DNA of 61,263 bases, taken from positions 1-61,263 of the forward strand of contig JBKPDZ010000036.1 of assembly GCA_046728135.1 (NCBI GenBank), given 5' to 3'. A program made the translations under genes and the position numbers. This document shows positions 16,848-27,024 of this stretch, piece by piece. Source of the stretch: Gemmatimonadota bacterium (GTDB lineage Bacteria; Gemmatimonadota; Gemmatimonadetes; Gemmatimonadales; GWC2-71-9). The notes under the pieces are model-generated. The model ran no database searches, was not told the origin of the DNA, and saw only the letters and a list, made by a program, of their open reading frames with translations. Every line of letters starts with the position of its first letter. Position 1 is the first letter of the stretch.

Positions 16848-17640
16848 CCAGCATCCCCTTGGTCGGAGATGACGGCATGGCGACTTCGCGGCGGGGCATC
16901 CGGCCGGCGAGGTAAGCGCCGCGGCCCGCGATCGTCGCGAGACGCATGGCGTGCGCCATCGCCACCGGGTCCTGCGCGGCCGCGATGGCGGTGTTCATCA
17001 GGATGCCATCCACGCCCTGCTCCATCGTGACGCAGGCATCGGACGCGGTGCCCACACCGGCATCGACGATCACGGGGACGTGCAGCCGCCGTTTGATCGT
17101 GCGGACGCTGAACGGATTCAGCAGGCCGAGGCCACTGCCGATCGGCGAGGCGAGCGGCATGACGGCAGCGCAGCCCGCATCCTCCAGTCGCAGCGCGGTC
17201 ACGAGATCTTCGTTCGTGTAGGCGAGCACCTTGAAGCCTTCCTGGACGAGCACCTTCGCCGCCTCGAGTAATCCGGCAACGTCGGGGAGAAGTGTTTCCT
17301 CGTCGCCGATGACTTCGAGCTTGACGAAGTCATTGAATCCGGCTTCGCGCGCGAGTCGTGCGTACCGGATGGCATCGGCAGCGGTGTAGCAGCCCGCCGT
17401 GTTGGCCAGGAGGAAAATTCGCTTCGCGTCGAGGAAGTGCAGCACGCTCGATTCCTTCGAGCGGTCGAGATTCACGCGGCGGACCGCGACCGTCACCACG
17501 TCGGCTCCTGCAGCGTCGATCGCGCGCACCATGGTGTCCATGTCGCGGTATTTGCCGGTGCCGACCAGCAGCCGCGACTGGAACGTGCGCCCGCCGATTT
17601 CGAGGGGAGTATCCTGGATTGTCTCAACTGCCGTAGTCAC
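16843..17640 (-). CDS. thiG: Thiazole synthase
   Basis: 265 aa. The stretch …FQSRLLVGTGKY…NTAGC…VMPLASPIGSGLG… is the classic ThiG pattern. GTG start at 17640. Confidence 0.93.
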   Translation of the reverse strand: MTTAVETIQDTPLEIGGRTFQSRLLVGTGKYRDMDTMVRAIDAAGADVVTVAVRRVNLDRSKESSVLHFLDAKRIFLLANTAGCYTAADAIRYARLAREAGFNDFVKLEVIGDEETLLPDVAGLLEAAKVLVQEGFKVLAYTNEDLVTALRLEDAGCAAVMPLASPIGSGLGLLNPFSVRTIKRRLHVPVIVDAGVGTASDACVTMEQGVDGILMNTAIAAAQDPVAMAHAMRLATIAGRGAYLAGRMPRREVAMPSSPTKGMLD

Positions 17641-17673
17641 CCGTCCCCCTTCCCCCTTCCTTCATCCCCCTCC
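17641..17673. repeat. C-rich heptamer-periodic tract (CCTTCCC-like, about 4.5 units); G-rich on the mRNA strand
   Basis: Reads CCGTCCC CCTTCCC CCTTCCT TCATCCC CCTCC. It spans the thiS 3' end (…VGGG*) and the 21-nt thiS-thiG spacer. On the sense strand it reads GGAGGGGGATGAAGGAAGGGGGAAGGGGGACGG, i.e. Shine-Dalgarno-like repeats. Confidence 0.75.
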
Positions 17674-17859
17674 AACAAAATGCACGACTTCGATCGCGTC
17701 GCCGCTCGCGACCGTAACCTCGTGGAGCGCGGGCCGGCGCACGATCTTGCGATTGTGCTCGACGACGACCGCCCTGGGGTCGAGCTCCAGCTCCTCGAGC
17801 AGCTCGAGCAGCGTGCCGCCTCGAATCTCCTTGTGCTCTCCATTGATTACGACATCCAC
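17662..17859 (-). CDS. thiS: Sulfur carrier protein ThiS
   Basis: 65 aa with a ubiquitin-like fold pattern, ending …VVHFVGGG (C-terminal GG). Sits between thiE and thiG. Confidence 0.85.
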   Translation of the reverse strand: MDVVINGEHKEIRGGTLLELLEELELDPRAVVVEHNRKIVRRPALHEVTVASGDAIEVVHFVGGG

Positions 17860-18461
17860 TCTCGCATCCTCCGCGCGGCTGCGGCGGGTTCCGCATCATC
17901 CCACAACGCCCGAATCGCCGCCACGCCGTACGCTCCGCTGCCTCGCACCGCTTGCATGCGGTCGGCGGTGATGCCGCCAATCGCGATGACGGGAACCTCA
18001 CCGGCCGCCGCTACGATCTGCTGCAATTTCGCCAGGCCCAACGGCGGGCGGCCGGGATGCGACGCCGTAGGGAATACAGGCCCTACAACAAGATAGTCGG
18101 CCCCTTCGGTCTGTGCGGCGTCCGCCTCCGCCAAGTCATGTACCGACTTACCGATCCACCAGAGAGGGTTCAGCGCGCGGGCGGCGCTGACGGGCAGGCT
18201 GCCATGACCCAGCTGGACGCCCGCCGTCGGAACCGCCAGTGCCACATCGAGACGATCGTTTACAAACAACGGCGACGGAAGGACGGAAAGACGGAACGCG
18301 AGCTCAAAGTGTTCGCGACCTGTCAGCGCACGGCCCCGCGCATGGATTGCGAGCTCGCGACCGCCCCCCTCGCTCAGCGCGGTCGCGATCCCGTCGAAGT
18401 CAGGCCGTCGGGCGATGCGTTCATCGGTGATCGCGTGCAGTCGCGGCAGCGACGCTCTCAC
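17847..18461 (-). CDS. thiE: Thiamine-phosphate synthase
   Basis: LHAITDE…, DYLVVGPVFPT and VIAIGGI are ThiE motifs. GTG start overlaps the fmt stop (GTGA). Confidence 0.88.
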   Translation of the reverse strand: MRASLPRLHAITDERIARRPDFDGIATALSEGGGRELAIHARGRALTGREHFELAFRLSVLPSPLFVNDRLDVALAVPTAGVQLGHGSLPVSAARALNPLWWIGKSVHDLAEADAAQTEGADYLVVGPVFPTASHPGRPPLGLAKLQQIVAAAGEVPVIAIGGITADRMQAVRGSGAYGVAAIRALWDDAEPAAAARRMREWMS

Positions 18462-19405
18462 GTGAACTTGATCCCCGGCTTGATCCGCGCGCCATGCAGC
18501 CAGTCGGCGGTCGGCATGCGCGCTTTCCCGGCGGGTTGTACCTCGAAGACTTGCACTGAGCCACCACCCGTGGCGATCACGAGCGAGCCATCGACCGAAA
18601 GGGCCTCGCCCGGCGTGCCGGTCCCGGGGAACGGCGGGGGCGCTTCGGCGACTTTCGGCGTGAACAGCTTGATCTCGGAACCCTCGAGCTCCGTCCAGGC
18701 GCCCGGTCGGGGATCGAGACCGCGCATCATGGCGCCGATCGCACGCGCATCCTTCGTCCAGTCGATGCGCGCCACCTCACGGGTCAGCTTCGGCGCGTAC
18801 GTCGCCCGCGCCTCGTTCTGCGGCACGGGCATGGGCGGCGGGTCCGATTGCTCCAGCATCGCGAGCGTCTCGATCAACGCCTGGGCGCCCAGCTCGGCCA
18901 GGTGCGCGGACAGGTCACCCGCGGTCACGTCCGGCGGTATGCGGTGTGGGATCTGGTGCAGAATCGGACCGGAATCCATGCCGGCATCGAGCTGGATGAT
19001 CGTGACACCGGTGATTTCGTGGCCGCGGATAATGGCCCACTCGACCGGCGCCGCGCCGCGCAATCCGGGCAACAACGAGGGGTGGACGTTCACCATGCCG
19101 CGGCGTGGCAGCTCGAGCAACCCGGGCTTGAGGATGTGGCCGTACGCGACGACGACGCCGATGTCGGGCCGCAGATCACGCAGATTTTGCAGAAATGCGC
19201 TGTCGGTGGGCTTGGCAGGCTGAAATACGACGAGGTCTTCGGCCTGCGCCGCGACTTTGACCGGCGGCGGAATCAGCTGCGATCGGGATCGGCCCTGCGG
19301 CGCGTCGGGTTGCGTGACGACGGCGACGACGTCGAATCCCTCGCCGACCAGGGCACGGAGCGACGGCACCGCGAATTCAGGCGTACCAAAGAACACCACG
19401 CGCAC
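18458..19405 (-). CDS. fmt: Methionyl-tRNA formyltransferase
   Basis: MRVVFFGTPEFAVPSL…, VNVHPSLLPGLRGAAP and a C-terminal beta-barrel domain. GTG start directly abuts the def stop. Confidence 0.93.
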   Translation of the reverse strand: MRVVFFGTPEFAVPSLRALVGEGFDVVAVVTQPDAPQGRSRSQLIPPPVKVAAQAEDLVVFQPAKPTDSAFLQNLRDLRPDIGVVVAYGHILKPGLLELPRRGMVNVHPSLLPGLRGAAPVEWAIIRGHEITGVTIIQLDAGMDSGPILHQIPHRIPPDVTAGDLSAHLAELGAQALIETLAMLEQSDPPPMPVPQNEARATYAPKLTREVARIDWTKDARAIGAMMRGLDPRPGAWTELEGSEIKLFTPKVAEAPPPFPGTGTPGEALSVDGSLVIATGGGSVQVFEVQPAGKARMPTADWLHGARIKPGIKFT

Positions 19406-19950
19406 TTACAGCTCACCCGCCGGCTCCGGCGTAACCTCCTTCAGATAACCGGTCTTCCCTTTGCGTGATTTTTTCCACTTCGACAGCAGCAGGCTGCGCT
19501 TCACCGCACTCAGGTGATCGAGGAAGAGAATGCCATCGAGGTGATCGATCTCGTGCTGGATGGCGCGCGCCTTGTAACCTGTTGCCTCGGCGCGAACCCT
19601 CTGGCCGTCGCGATCCAACGCTTCGACGACCACACGGGCATGGCGTTCGACGTCGCCGAAGATGTCGGGTATGGAGAGACAGCCTTCTTCTGCGGTCTCG
19701 CGTTCGTCGCTGCGTTCCAGGATGACGGGATTGATCAGGACGACCGCTGGTGGGTCGTCCTCGCCGATGTCGACCACGGCGACACGCCGCGGGACGCCGA
19801 TCTGGTTCGCGGCCAGGCCGACCCCTTTGGCCGCTCGCATCGTCTCGAAGAGATCGTCGACGAGCTGTTGCACGACGTCGTCCACCTGTGCGACGGGTGC
19901 CGCCTGCTGACGCAGGACCGGGGAGCCGAGCAGGTGGAGCGTCCGAACCG

Positions 19951-19954
<4 letters not shown>
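19406..19954 (-). CDS. def: Peptide deformylase
   Basis: Contains GVGLAANQIG, EGCLS and HEIDHLDG, the three canonical Def motifs. Confidence 0.93.
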
Positions 19955-21566
<1,612 letters not shown>

Positions 21567-21567
<1 letters not shown>

Positions 21568-22610
21568 CAGAGGACCAGCATCGCATCGCCATAACTATAG
21601 AACCGATATCCTTCCTTCACCGCCTCCCGATATGCGCTCATCACTCGCTCATATCCCCCGAACGCACACACGAGCATCAGCAACGTGGAGCGTGGCAGGT
21701 GAAAATTGCTGATCAGATGCTTGACGACCTTGAACTCGAACGGCGGCCGGATGAAGAGGCTCGTTTCTCCCGAGCCCGGATGGACGAGTCCGGCGTCGTC
21801 CACCGACGATTCGAGCGCTCGCACGACGGTCGTGCCCACTCCCCACACCCCGTGCCCCTTTTGTTTCGCGTGATTGATCCACTCGGCCGCTCCCGGCGTG
21901 ATGTCGTATGCCTCGGCGTGCATGGAGTGCTTTGCGATGTCCTCGGTCTCGACGGGCTTGAACGTGCCCGGCCCGACGTGGAGATCGAGGGACGCGACAC
22001 GCACCTGACGCGTGTAGATGTCCGCCAATAGCTCCGGCGTGAAATGCAGGCCGGCCGTCGGAGCGGCGACACTGCCGTCGTGTGCCGCGTACACCGTCTG
22101 ATAGCGGTCGCGGTCCGCGGCCTCGGGTGCGCGCCGGATATATGGCGGCAGCGGCACCTCGCCGTATTTCGCGAGCGTCGCGTGTGCGTCCAGCGCGCCG
22201 GCAAAGCGCACGCGGCGTAATCCGCCGCCCAGCATCTCCACGATTTCGACCGCGCTGTCGTCTCCAAACGTCACACGACGACCAGGCTTCAGTTTGCCGC
22301 CTGGATGCCCCATCGCCAGCCACGTTCCGTCGGGCTGCTCGCGCACGAGCAGGATCTCGGCGGTCGCAGCCCCCGTCCCCCCTCCCCCCTCCCGCTTCCC
22401 TTTCAATCGCGCTGGTATGACCCGCGAGGTGTTAATGACGAGGACATCGCGCGCCGGGATCAGCTCAGGCAGATCGCGAAAGTGGAGATGCCGGGTCGCT
22501 CCGGTCGCGCGATCGAGCACGAGCAGGCGGCTCGCGGGTCGGTCAGGGAGCGGATGCTGAGCGATCTGGGAGCTGGGAAGATCGTAGTCGAAGTCGGAGA
22601 GGCGGTGCAC
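21567..22610 (-). CDS. queA: S-adenosylmethionine:tRNA ribosyltransferase-isomerase
   Basis: FDYDLP…IAQHP, LLVL, NTSRVIPARL, AAPTAGLHFT and the C-terminal FYSYGDAMLV are characteristic QueA motifs. Confidence 0.93.
22370..22400. repeat. C-rich heptamer array (CCCCCNT x 3-4) inside queA
   Basis: Reads CCCCCGT CCCCCCT CCCCCCT CCCGCTT CCC. It encodes the Gly-rich segment …KREGGGGTGAA…, which looks like an extra loop compared with the QueA sequences I remember. Confidence 0.7.
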
Positions 22611-23641
22611 TAACCGTCGAAGATACTGGCTTGCTCCGCGGACTTCGGGGGAACAAAGCCGAAGTGCCGATACGCCGCCGGGGTAGCGACGCGGCCTCTC
22701 GGCGTGCGCGCCAAGAATCCCTGCTGCATGAGAAACGGCTCGTAGACCTCCTCGAGCGTACCCGGATCTTCGCCGACGGCCGCTGCGACGGTCTGCACAC
22801 CGACCGGCCCGCCGTCGAACATCTCGATGATGGCCTTGAGGATGCGGGCGTCCATGTCATCGAGGCCGAATTCGTCGACGTCGAGCCGCTTGAGCGCCTC
22901 GGCCGCGACCGCCGCGGTGATCTTGCCGCCGGCGCGGACCTGCGCGTAGTCGCGCACGCGCTTGAGCAGCCGGTTCGCCACGCGCGGCGTGCCCCGACTG
23001 CGCCGCGCGATCTCCACCACACCGGCTGCGTCCGCGGGGACCCCCAGGATGCCGGCCGAGCGCGTGATGATCTGGACGAGGTCATCCGGCGGGTAGTAGT
23101 GCAGCCGCTCGACCAGCCCGAAGCGGGCGCGCAGGGGGGGCGTCAGCAATCCGAACCGCGTCGTGGCGCCGATGAGGGTGAAGCGCTCGAGCTGCATCGG
23201 CAGCGTTTGGGCGTGCGGCCCGTCGGCAATGCGCACGTCCACGCGGAACTCCTCCATGGCGGGGTAGAGGAACTCCTCCAGGGCGGGCCGCAGGCGGTGC
23301 ACTTCATCTATAAAGAGGATATCGCCCGCTTTGAGCGAGGTGAGCATGCCGACCAGATCGCCGGGGCGCTCGAGCACGGGGCCGGAGGTGGTGCGGATGT
23401 TCACATCCAGCTCTTTCGCCATCAGCAGCGCGAGCGTGGTCTTCCCGAGTCCCGGCGGGCCGAAGAACAGCGCATGATCGAGCGGCTCCTTGCGCTGCTT
23501 CGCCGCGTCGATGGCGATCTGCAGCGATTCTTTGACCTTCGCCTGGCCGACGAATTCGTCGAGTCGCGACGGCCGGAGTGCGGCGTCGGTGAGCCGCTCG
23601 TTTTCGAGCGCTTCGGGCGTGGTGATTTCCGAACGCGCCAT
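22610..23641 (-). CDS. ruvB: Holliday junction branch migration helicase RuvB
   Basis: [30 protein letters not shown] and the C-terminal winged helix. 343 aa. Confidence 0.95.
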   Translation of the reverse strand: MARSEITTPEALENERLTDAALRPSRLDEFVGQAKVKESLQIAIDAAKQRKEPLDHALFFGPPGLGKTTLALLMAKELDVNIRTTSGPVLERPGDLVGMLTSLKAGDILFIDEVHRLRPALEEFLYPAMEEFRVDVRIADGPHAQTLPMQLERFTLIGATTRFGLLTPPLRARFGLVERLHYYPPDDLVQIITRSAGILGVPADAAGVVEIARRSRGTPRVANRLLKRVRDYAQVRAGGKITAAVAAEALKRLDVDEFGLDDMDARILKAIIEMFDGGPVGVQTVAAAVGEDPGTLEEVYEPFLMQQGFLARTPRGRVATPAAYRHFGFVPPKSAEQASIFDG

Positions 23642-23835
23642 TACTTCTTCTTCGCTCGCGCGATCCAGCGCACCGGTCGCTTGTCAGCCTCGATGTCGTG
23701 TGGTGTGTGACAGCGCAGGCACACATCCACGGCGCGAGTCACGCCGGCGGGCACGAGGCGGCGGTTCGTCGATCCGCAGCGCGTGCAGATCCATTCGGCG
23801 GTGATTTCAGCAGGCGGAGCGGGAATCGTCGTCAT
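23641..23835 (-). CDS. Small zinc-ribbon protein (2 x CxxC, basic tail) encoded between ruvA and ruvB
   Basis: 64 aa: [27 protein letters not shown]…[27 protein letters not shown]. Its ATG overlaps the ruvA stop (ATGA) and its stop shares a base with the ruvB ATG. Third codon positions are GC-rich. Confidence 0.6.
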   Translation of the reverse strand: MTTIPAPPAEITAEWICTRCGSTNRRLVPAGVTRAVDVCLRCHTPHDIEADKRPVRWIARAKKK

Positions 23836-24419
23836 CGGGTCGTGAGAATTTGGAGTGCGCGGCGCACCAGCGCCTCGGTTTCGTCGTTCCCATTGCCCGC
23901 GAGCACCTCGCGCACCGCACGATCGGCCTCCGCGGCTCCATACCCCAAACGCTCAAGTGCCTTCAGCGCGGCTTCGGCTCCCGCGGGAACGCTGATCGCC
24001 GGAGCCTCCGTGAAGTCCTCGACTTTTTCCCCCAATTCGAGCGCGAGGCGCTCGGCGGTTTTCTTGCCGATCCCGTTTACGGACGAGAGGAGGGCGATGT
24101 TCTTCTCGCGCAACGCCCGCGCGCCGCGCTCGACGCCGAGCGCCGACAGCAGCGCGATGCCGATTTTGGGTCCCACCCCGCTCACGCTCGTCAGCCGCTG
24201 GAAAAAGCGCCGCTCGCCTTCATCGAGGAATCCGTAGAGCGCCCAGCCGTCTTCCCGCACGACGAGCTCGGTGGAGAGTGTGATGTCCGCGCCGGCGGCG
24301 GGCAGGCGCTCCATCACCCCGAGAGGCACAACCACCTCGTAACCGACGCCGCCGGGCGTTTCGACGACGACGCGGTCGGCGGTTTTGGACGTCAAACGCC
24401 CTCGCACGTGTGCGATCAT
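23832..24419 (-). CDS. ruvA: Holliday junction DNA helicase subunit RuvA
   Basis: MIAHVRGRL…GGVGYEV…, HhH motifs (LTSVSGVGPKIG, VNGIGKKTAERL) and the C-terminal domain III. Confidence 0.92.
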   Translation of the reverse strand: MIAHVRGRLTSKTADRVVVETPGGVGYEVVVPLGVMERLPAAGADITLSTELVVREDGWALYGFLDEGERRFFQRLTSVSGVGPKIGIALLSALGVERGARALREKNIALLSSVNGIGKKTAERLALELGEKVEDFTEAPAISVPAGAEAALKALERLGYGAAEADRAVREVLAGNGNDETEALVRRALQILTTR

Positions 24420-24949
24420 CTCGTAGCCCGATGTAGGGGCGCAGCATGCTGCGCCGCTACAGCACGCATCCCACGCAAAATAAACGTCAATGCCGCTGCG
24501 ACTCCGTCGGCGGCATCGGCAGGCTGCGGCGCGCTCTTCAGGCGCAGGAGACGCGCCACCATCGCCCCGACCTGGTTTTTCTTCGCGCCGCCAGCACCGA
24601 CGACCGTCTTCTTGATCATTGCGGGCGCGTACTGAGCGATGTCGAGGCCCTCTTGCTGCGCGGCGAGGAGTATGACCCCGCGCGCATGCCCCAGCACGAG
24701 TGTGGTACGGACATTCTTATGATAGAAGGCGTCCTCGAGGGCGAGGACCGATGGTTGGTGACGCTTGATGAGCTGCGCGATGGCGTGGTGCAGTTCGGCG
24801 AGTCGATAGGGAAGGGAATTGTTGCGTCCGAAGCGAAAGACCCCACACTCGATGAGACGTCCCAACCCCGGAGTCCCACCGCCGTTCCCCGTTTCGATCA
24901 CGCCGTAGCCCGTGATCTGAGTGCCGGGGTCGACCCCCAGGACCCTCAC
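24416..24949 (-). CDS. ruvC: Crossover junction endodeoxyribonuclease RuvC
   Basis: MRVLGVDPGTQITGYGV…, LALEDAFY and DAADGVAAAL. GTG start. The 3' end contains a REP-type palindrome. Confidence 0.92.
   Translation of the reverse strand: MRVLGVDPGTQITGYGVIETGNGGGTPGLGRLIECGVFRFGRNNSLPYRLAELHHAIAQLIKRHQPSVLALEDAFYHKNVRTTLVLGHARGVILLAAQQEGLDIAQYAPAMIKKTVVGAGGAKKNQVGAMVARLLRLKSAPQPADAADGVAAALTFILRGMRAVAAQHAAPLHRATR
24432..24461. repeat. REP-type palindrome, copy 1 (TGTAGGGGCGCAGCATGCTGCGCCGCTACA; one arm mismatch)
   Basis: Same core as 38456-38483 and 49740-49767. Lies within the last codons of ruvC (…AAQHAAPLHR…), just upstream of the ruvA start. Confidence 0.85.
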
Positions 24950-24950
24950 G

Positions 24951-25697
24951 TCATCCCGTCACCGCCGCCATCGCCTCGGCGTCGATGTCGAAGTTGGAAA
25001 AGACCCTCGCGACGTCGTCCATCTCCTCCAGGCTTTCGACGAGCTGCAGCAGCCGCTTGGCGTCGCTGCCCTCGACCTTCACGGTGTTCTTGGGAACCAT
25101 CGCGATCTCGGCGCTCTGCACCGGCAGCTGCTTGGCCCGCAGCGCCTGGTCGATCGCGTGGAGCTGCGCGGGCGGCGTCGTGATCACGTAGATGTCGCCT
25201 TCCCTCGTCATGTCGTCCGCTCCGGCGTCGAGCGCCACCTCCATCGTGGCGTCCTCGCTCGCCTTGCCGTCGATCACGATCTGGCCCTTGCGGTCGAACA
25301 TCCATGCCACGGCATTCGTGGCGCCGAGGTTGCCGCCGTGCTTGCTGAAGACATTCCGGATCTCGGCGACGGTGCGGTTGGCGTTGTCGGTGGTCGCCTG
25401 GATCAGCAGCGCGGCACCACCCGGCCCGTATCCTTCATAGGTGACTTCTTCGTAGGTGACGCCTTCGAGCTCGCCGGTGCCCTTCTTGATGGCGCGATCG
25501 ATGTTGTCCCACGGCATATTCTCGGCTTTGGCGGCATCGATCGCCGTGCGCAGGCGCGGATTACCTCCCGGATCGCCACCACCCGCCTTCGCCGCGATCG
25601 TGATTTCGCGAATGAGACGCGTGAAGACCGCACCGCGCTTCTGATCGGTGACCGCTTTCTTCCGCTTGATCTGTTTCCATTTACTGTGACCAGCCAT
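24951..25697 (-). CDS. yebC: YebC/PmpR family DNA-binding transcriptional regulator
   Basis: MAGHSKWKQIKRKK… and YEGYGPGGAALL are the canonical YebC signature. 248 aa. Confidence 0.93.
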   Translation of the reverse strand: MAGHSKWKQIKRKKAVTDQKRGAVFTRLIREITIAAKAGGGDPGGNPRLRTAIDAAKAENMPWDNIDRAIKKGTGELEGVTYEEVTYEGYGPGGAALLIQATTDNANRTVAEIRNVFSKHGGNLGATNAVAWMFDRKGQIVIDGKASEDATMEVALDAGADDMTREGDIYVITTPPAQLHAIDQALRAKQLPVQSAEIAMVPKNTVKVEGSDAKRLLQLVESLEEMDDVARVFSNFDIDAEAMAAVTG

Positions 25698-25703
25698 GAT
25701 CGT

Positions 25704-25738
25704 GCTCCCTGCTCCCGGCTCCCTGCTCCCTGCTCCCG
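25704..25738. repeat. Tandem heptamer array (GCTCCCK) x 5 in the yebC leader
   Basis: Reads GCTCCCT GCTCCCG GCTCCCT GCTCCCT GCTCCCG. On the yebC sense strand this is (AGGGAGC)n, five SD-like GGGAG units with G3-N4 periodicity, ending 6 nt before the ATG. Confidence 0.88.
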
Positions 25739-25746
25739 CTCGCTAG

Positions 25747-25774
25747 GCCCCAAGCCCCAGTCCCCAGGCCCAAG
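25747..25774. repeat. Tandem heptamer array (GCCCCAR-like) x 4
   Basis: Reads GCCCCAA GCCCCAG TCCCCAG GCCCAAG. It lies immediately 3' of the DnaB-C-like gene stop and adjacent to the first array. There is no complementary partner. Confidence 0.85.
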
Positions 25775-25779
25775 TTATA

Positions 25780-26652
25780 TCATCTGTCCGGGTCGAGCAT
25801 ATCCTCGAATCGCATCCAGCGCCGGTAGAAGTACAGATCGACGAACCCCGTCGGCCCGTTGCGGTTCTTGGCGACGATCAACTCGGTCGCCCCATCCACG
25901 CCGCCGCCCGGGTTGTACATCTCTTCGCGAAAGATCGAGAGCACCACGTCGGCGTGCTGCTTCGGCGCTCCCATCACGCCATAATCATCAAGCGTGGGCC
26001 GCTTGGCTTCACGGCCGGTCTGAAAACCTGGCAGCTGCGCGACGACGAGCAGCCCCACCTGACGCGCCAGCGCAAGCGCCTTGAGATGCCGGAGCACGAG
26101 GGCCGTGTCTTCGTCCTGCGTCGTGCGCGCCTTCGGCGGCGGGACGAGCTGCAGGTAATCGACGACGACGAGCCCGACCTGCCGCAACGGATCGAGCCGC
26201 TCGAAGACGGTGTCGAAGTCGTCACCGGCGAGCGCTAAGAGAGAAAGCGGCAGGCCGCGCAGCCGCACCGCGGCCGCGCCGACGCCGGCGCGCGTCTGAT
26301 CGCTGAGCTTCGCGGACCGGAGCTCGTCCACGGCGACTTTCCCTTCGATGGCCAGGGCGCGCTCCATGAGACGCTCTTCATGCATCTCGCCGGAGAGATA
26401 GGCGACGCCGACCGACTGCTGCGCCACGCGCAAGGCGATGCCGAGCGCGAGGGCTGACTTTCCGCTCCCGATGTCGCCGCCGAGGAGAATCAGATCGCGC
26501 CGGCGGAACCCGCCGCCCAGCAGCTTGTCGAGCGATTCGAACCCCGTCGGGATGGTGTCGCCCGTGATTTCGCCGGGACGCTGGGCGTCCACCCGCTCGA
26601 CGAGGTTGTCGAGGGAGGGCCGTTTTTCGAAGCGGCGTGCGGGAGATGGCAT
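25780..26652 (-). CDS. DnaB C-terminal-domain-only RecA-fold ATPase (DnaB-like helicase C-terminal domain protein)
   Basis: 290 aa. IPTGFESLDKLLGGGFRRRDLILLGGDIGSGKSALALG (Walker A), LVVVDYLQL (Walker B) and IVAKNRNGPTG. It lacks the DnaB N-terminal domain. Confidence 0.8.
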   Translation of the reverse strand: MPSPARRFEKRPSLDNLVERVDAQRPGEITGDTIPTGFESLDKLLGGGFRRRDLILLGGDIGSGKSALALGIALRVAQQSVGVAYLSGEMHEERLMERALAIEGKVAVDELRSAKLSDQTRAGVGAAAVRLRGLPLSLLALAGDDFDTVFERLDPLRQVGLVVVDYLQLVPPPKARTTQDEDTALVLRHLKALALARQVGLLVVAQLPGFQTGREAKRPTLDDYGVMGAPKQHADVVLSIFREEMYNPGGGVDGATELIVAKNRNGPTGFVDLYFYRRWMRFEDMLDPDR

Positions 26653-26655
26653 GGT

Positions 26656-27024
26656 CTATAAATGCAATCTGGCGCTACGCGCGGCAACGGTGACGGCGTC
26701 TGCGGCCTCGGCGCCGAGCACGTCGCGCGCCGGCGCGGTCAGCTGGCTGAGCACCAGGGCTGCCGCTGTCGGCGTCGCGCTCTCCAGGTGCTGCCGCGCG
26801 GCGCTGAGCGCCCGGCGCAGTGGCGCCGGCAGCGCTAGGCTGCCGAGACGCGTCTCCAGCGCCTGCAGCCGCCGGCGGTGGTTCTTGGGGCTCACCGGCG
26901 CCGGCGGCAGCAGCGCCTCGGCCGCGCGCACAACCAGCCAGAGGGCGAAGAGTCCCTCCCGCTGCGGGCCGCGGGACGACTCGGCGATCAGCGTCACCAG
27001 CCGCTCCTCGGCGGGCGTGCTCAT
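26656..27024 (-). CDS. Hypothetical helical protein
   Basis: ATG at 27024 (MSTPAEERLVTLIAE…) overlaps the GT9 stop (ATGA). Its stop lies 3 nt before the DnaB-C-like start. I recognise no family. The track's longer start is Gly/Arg junk. Confidence 0.5.
   Translation of the reverse strand: MSTPAEERLVTLIAESSRGPQREGLFALWLVVRAAEALLPPAPVSPKNHRRRLQALETRLGSLALPAPLRRALSAARQHLESATPTAAALVLSQLTAPARDVLGAEAADAVTVAARSARLHL

Noticed and set aside
25704-25774. Possible CRISPR array or minisatellite
   Set aside because: The units are 7 nt and directly abutting, with no spacers, and there are no cas genes. This is incompatible with CRISPR. I report them as tandem heptamer arrays instead.
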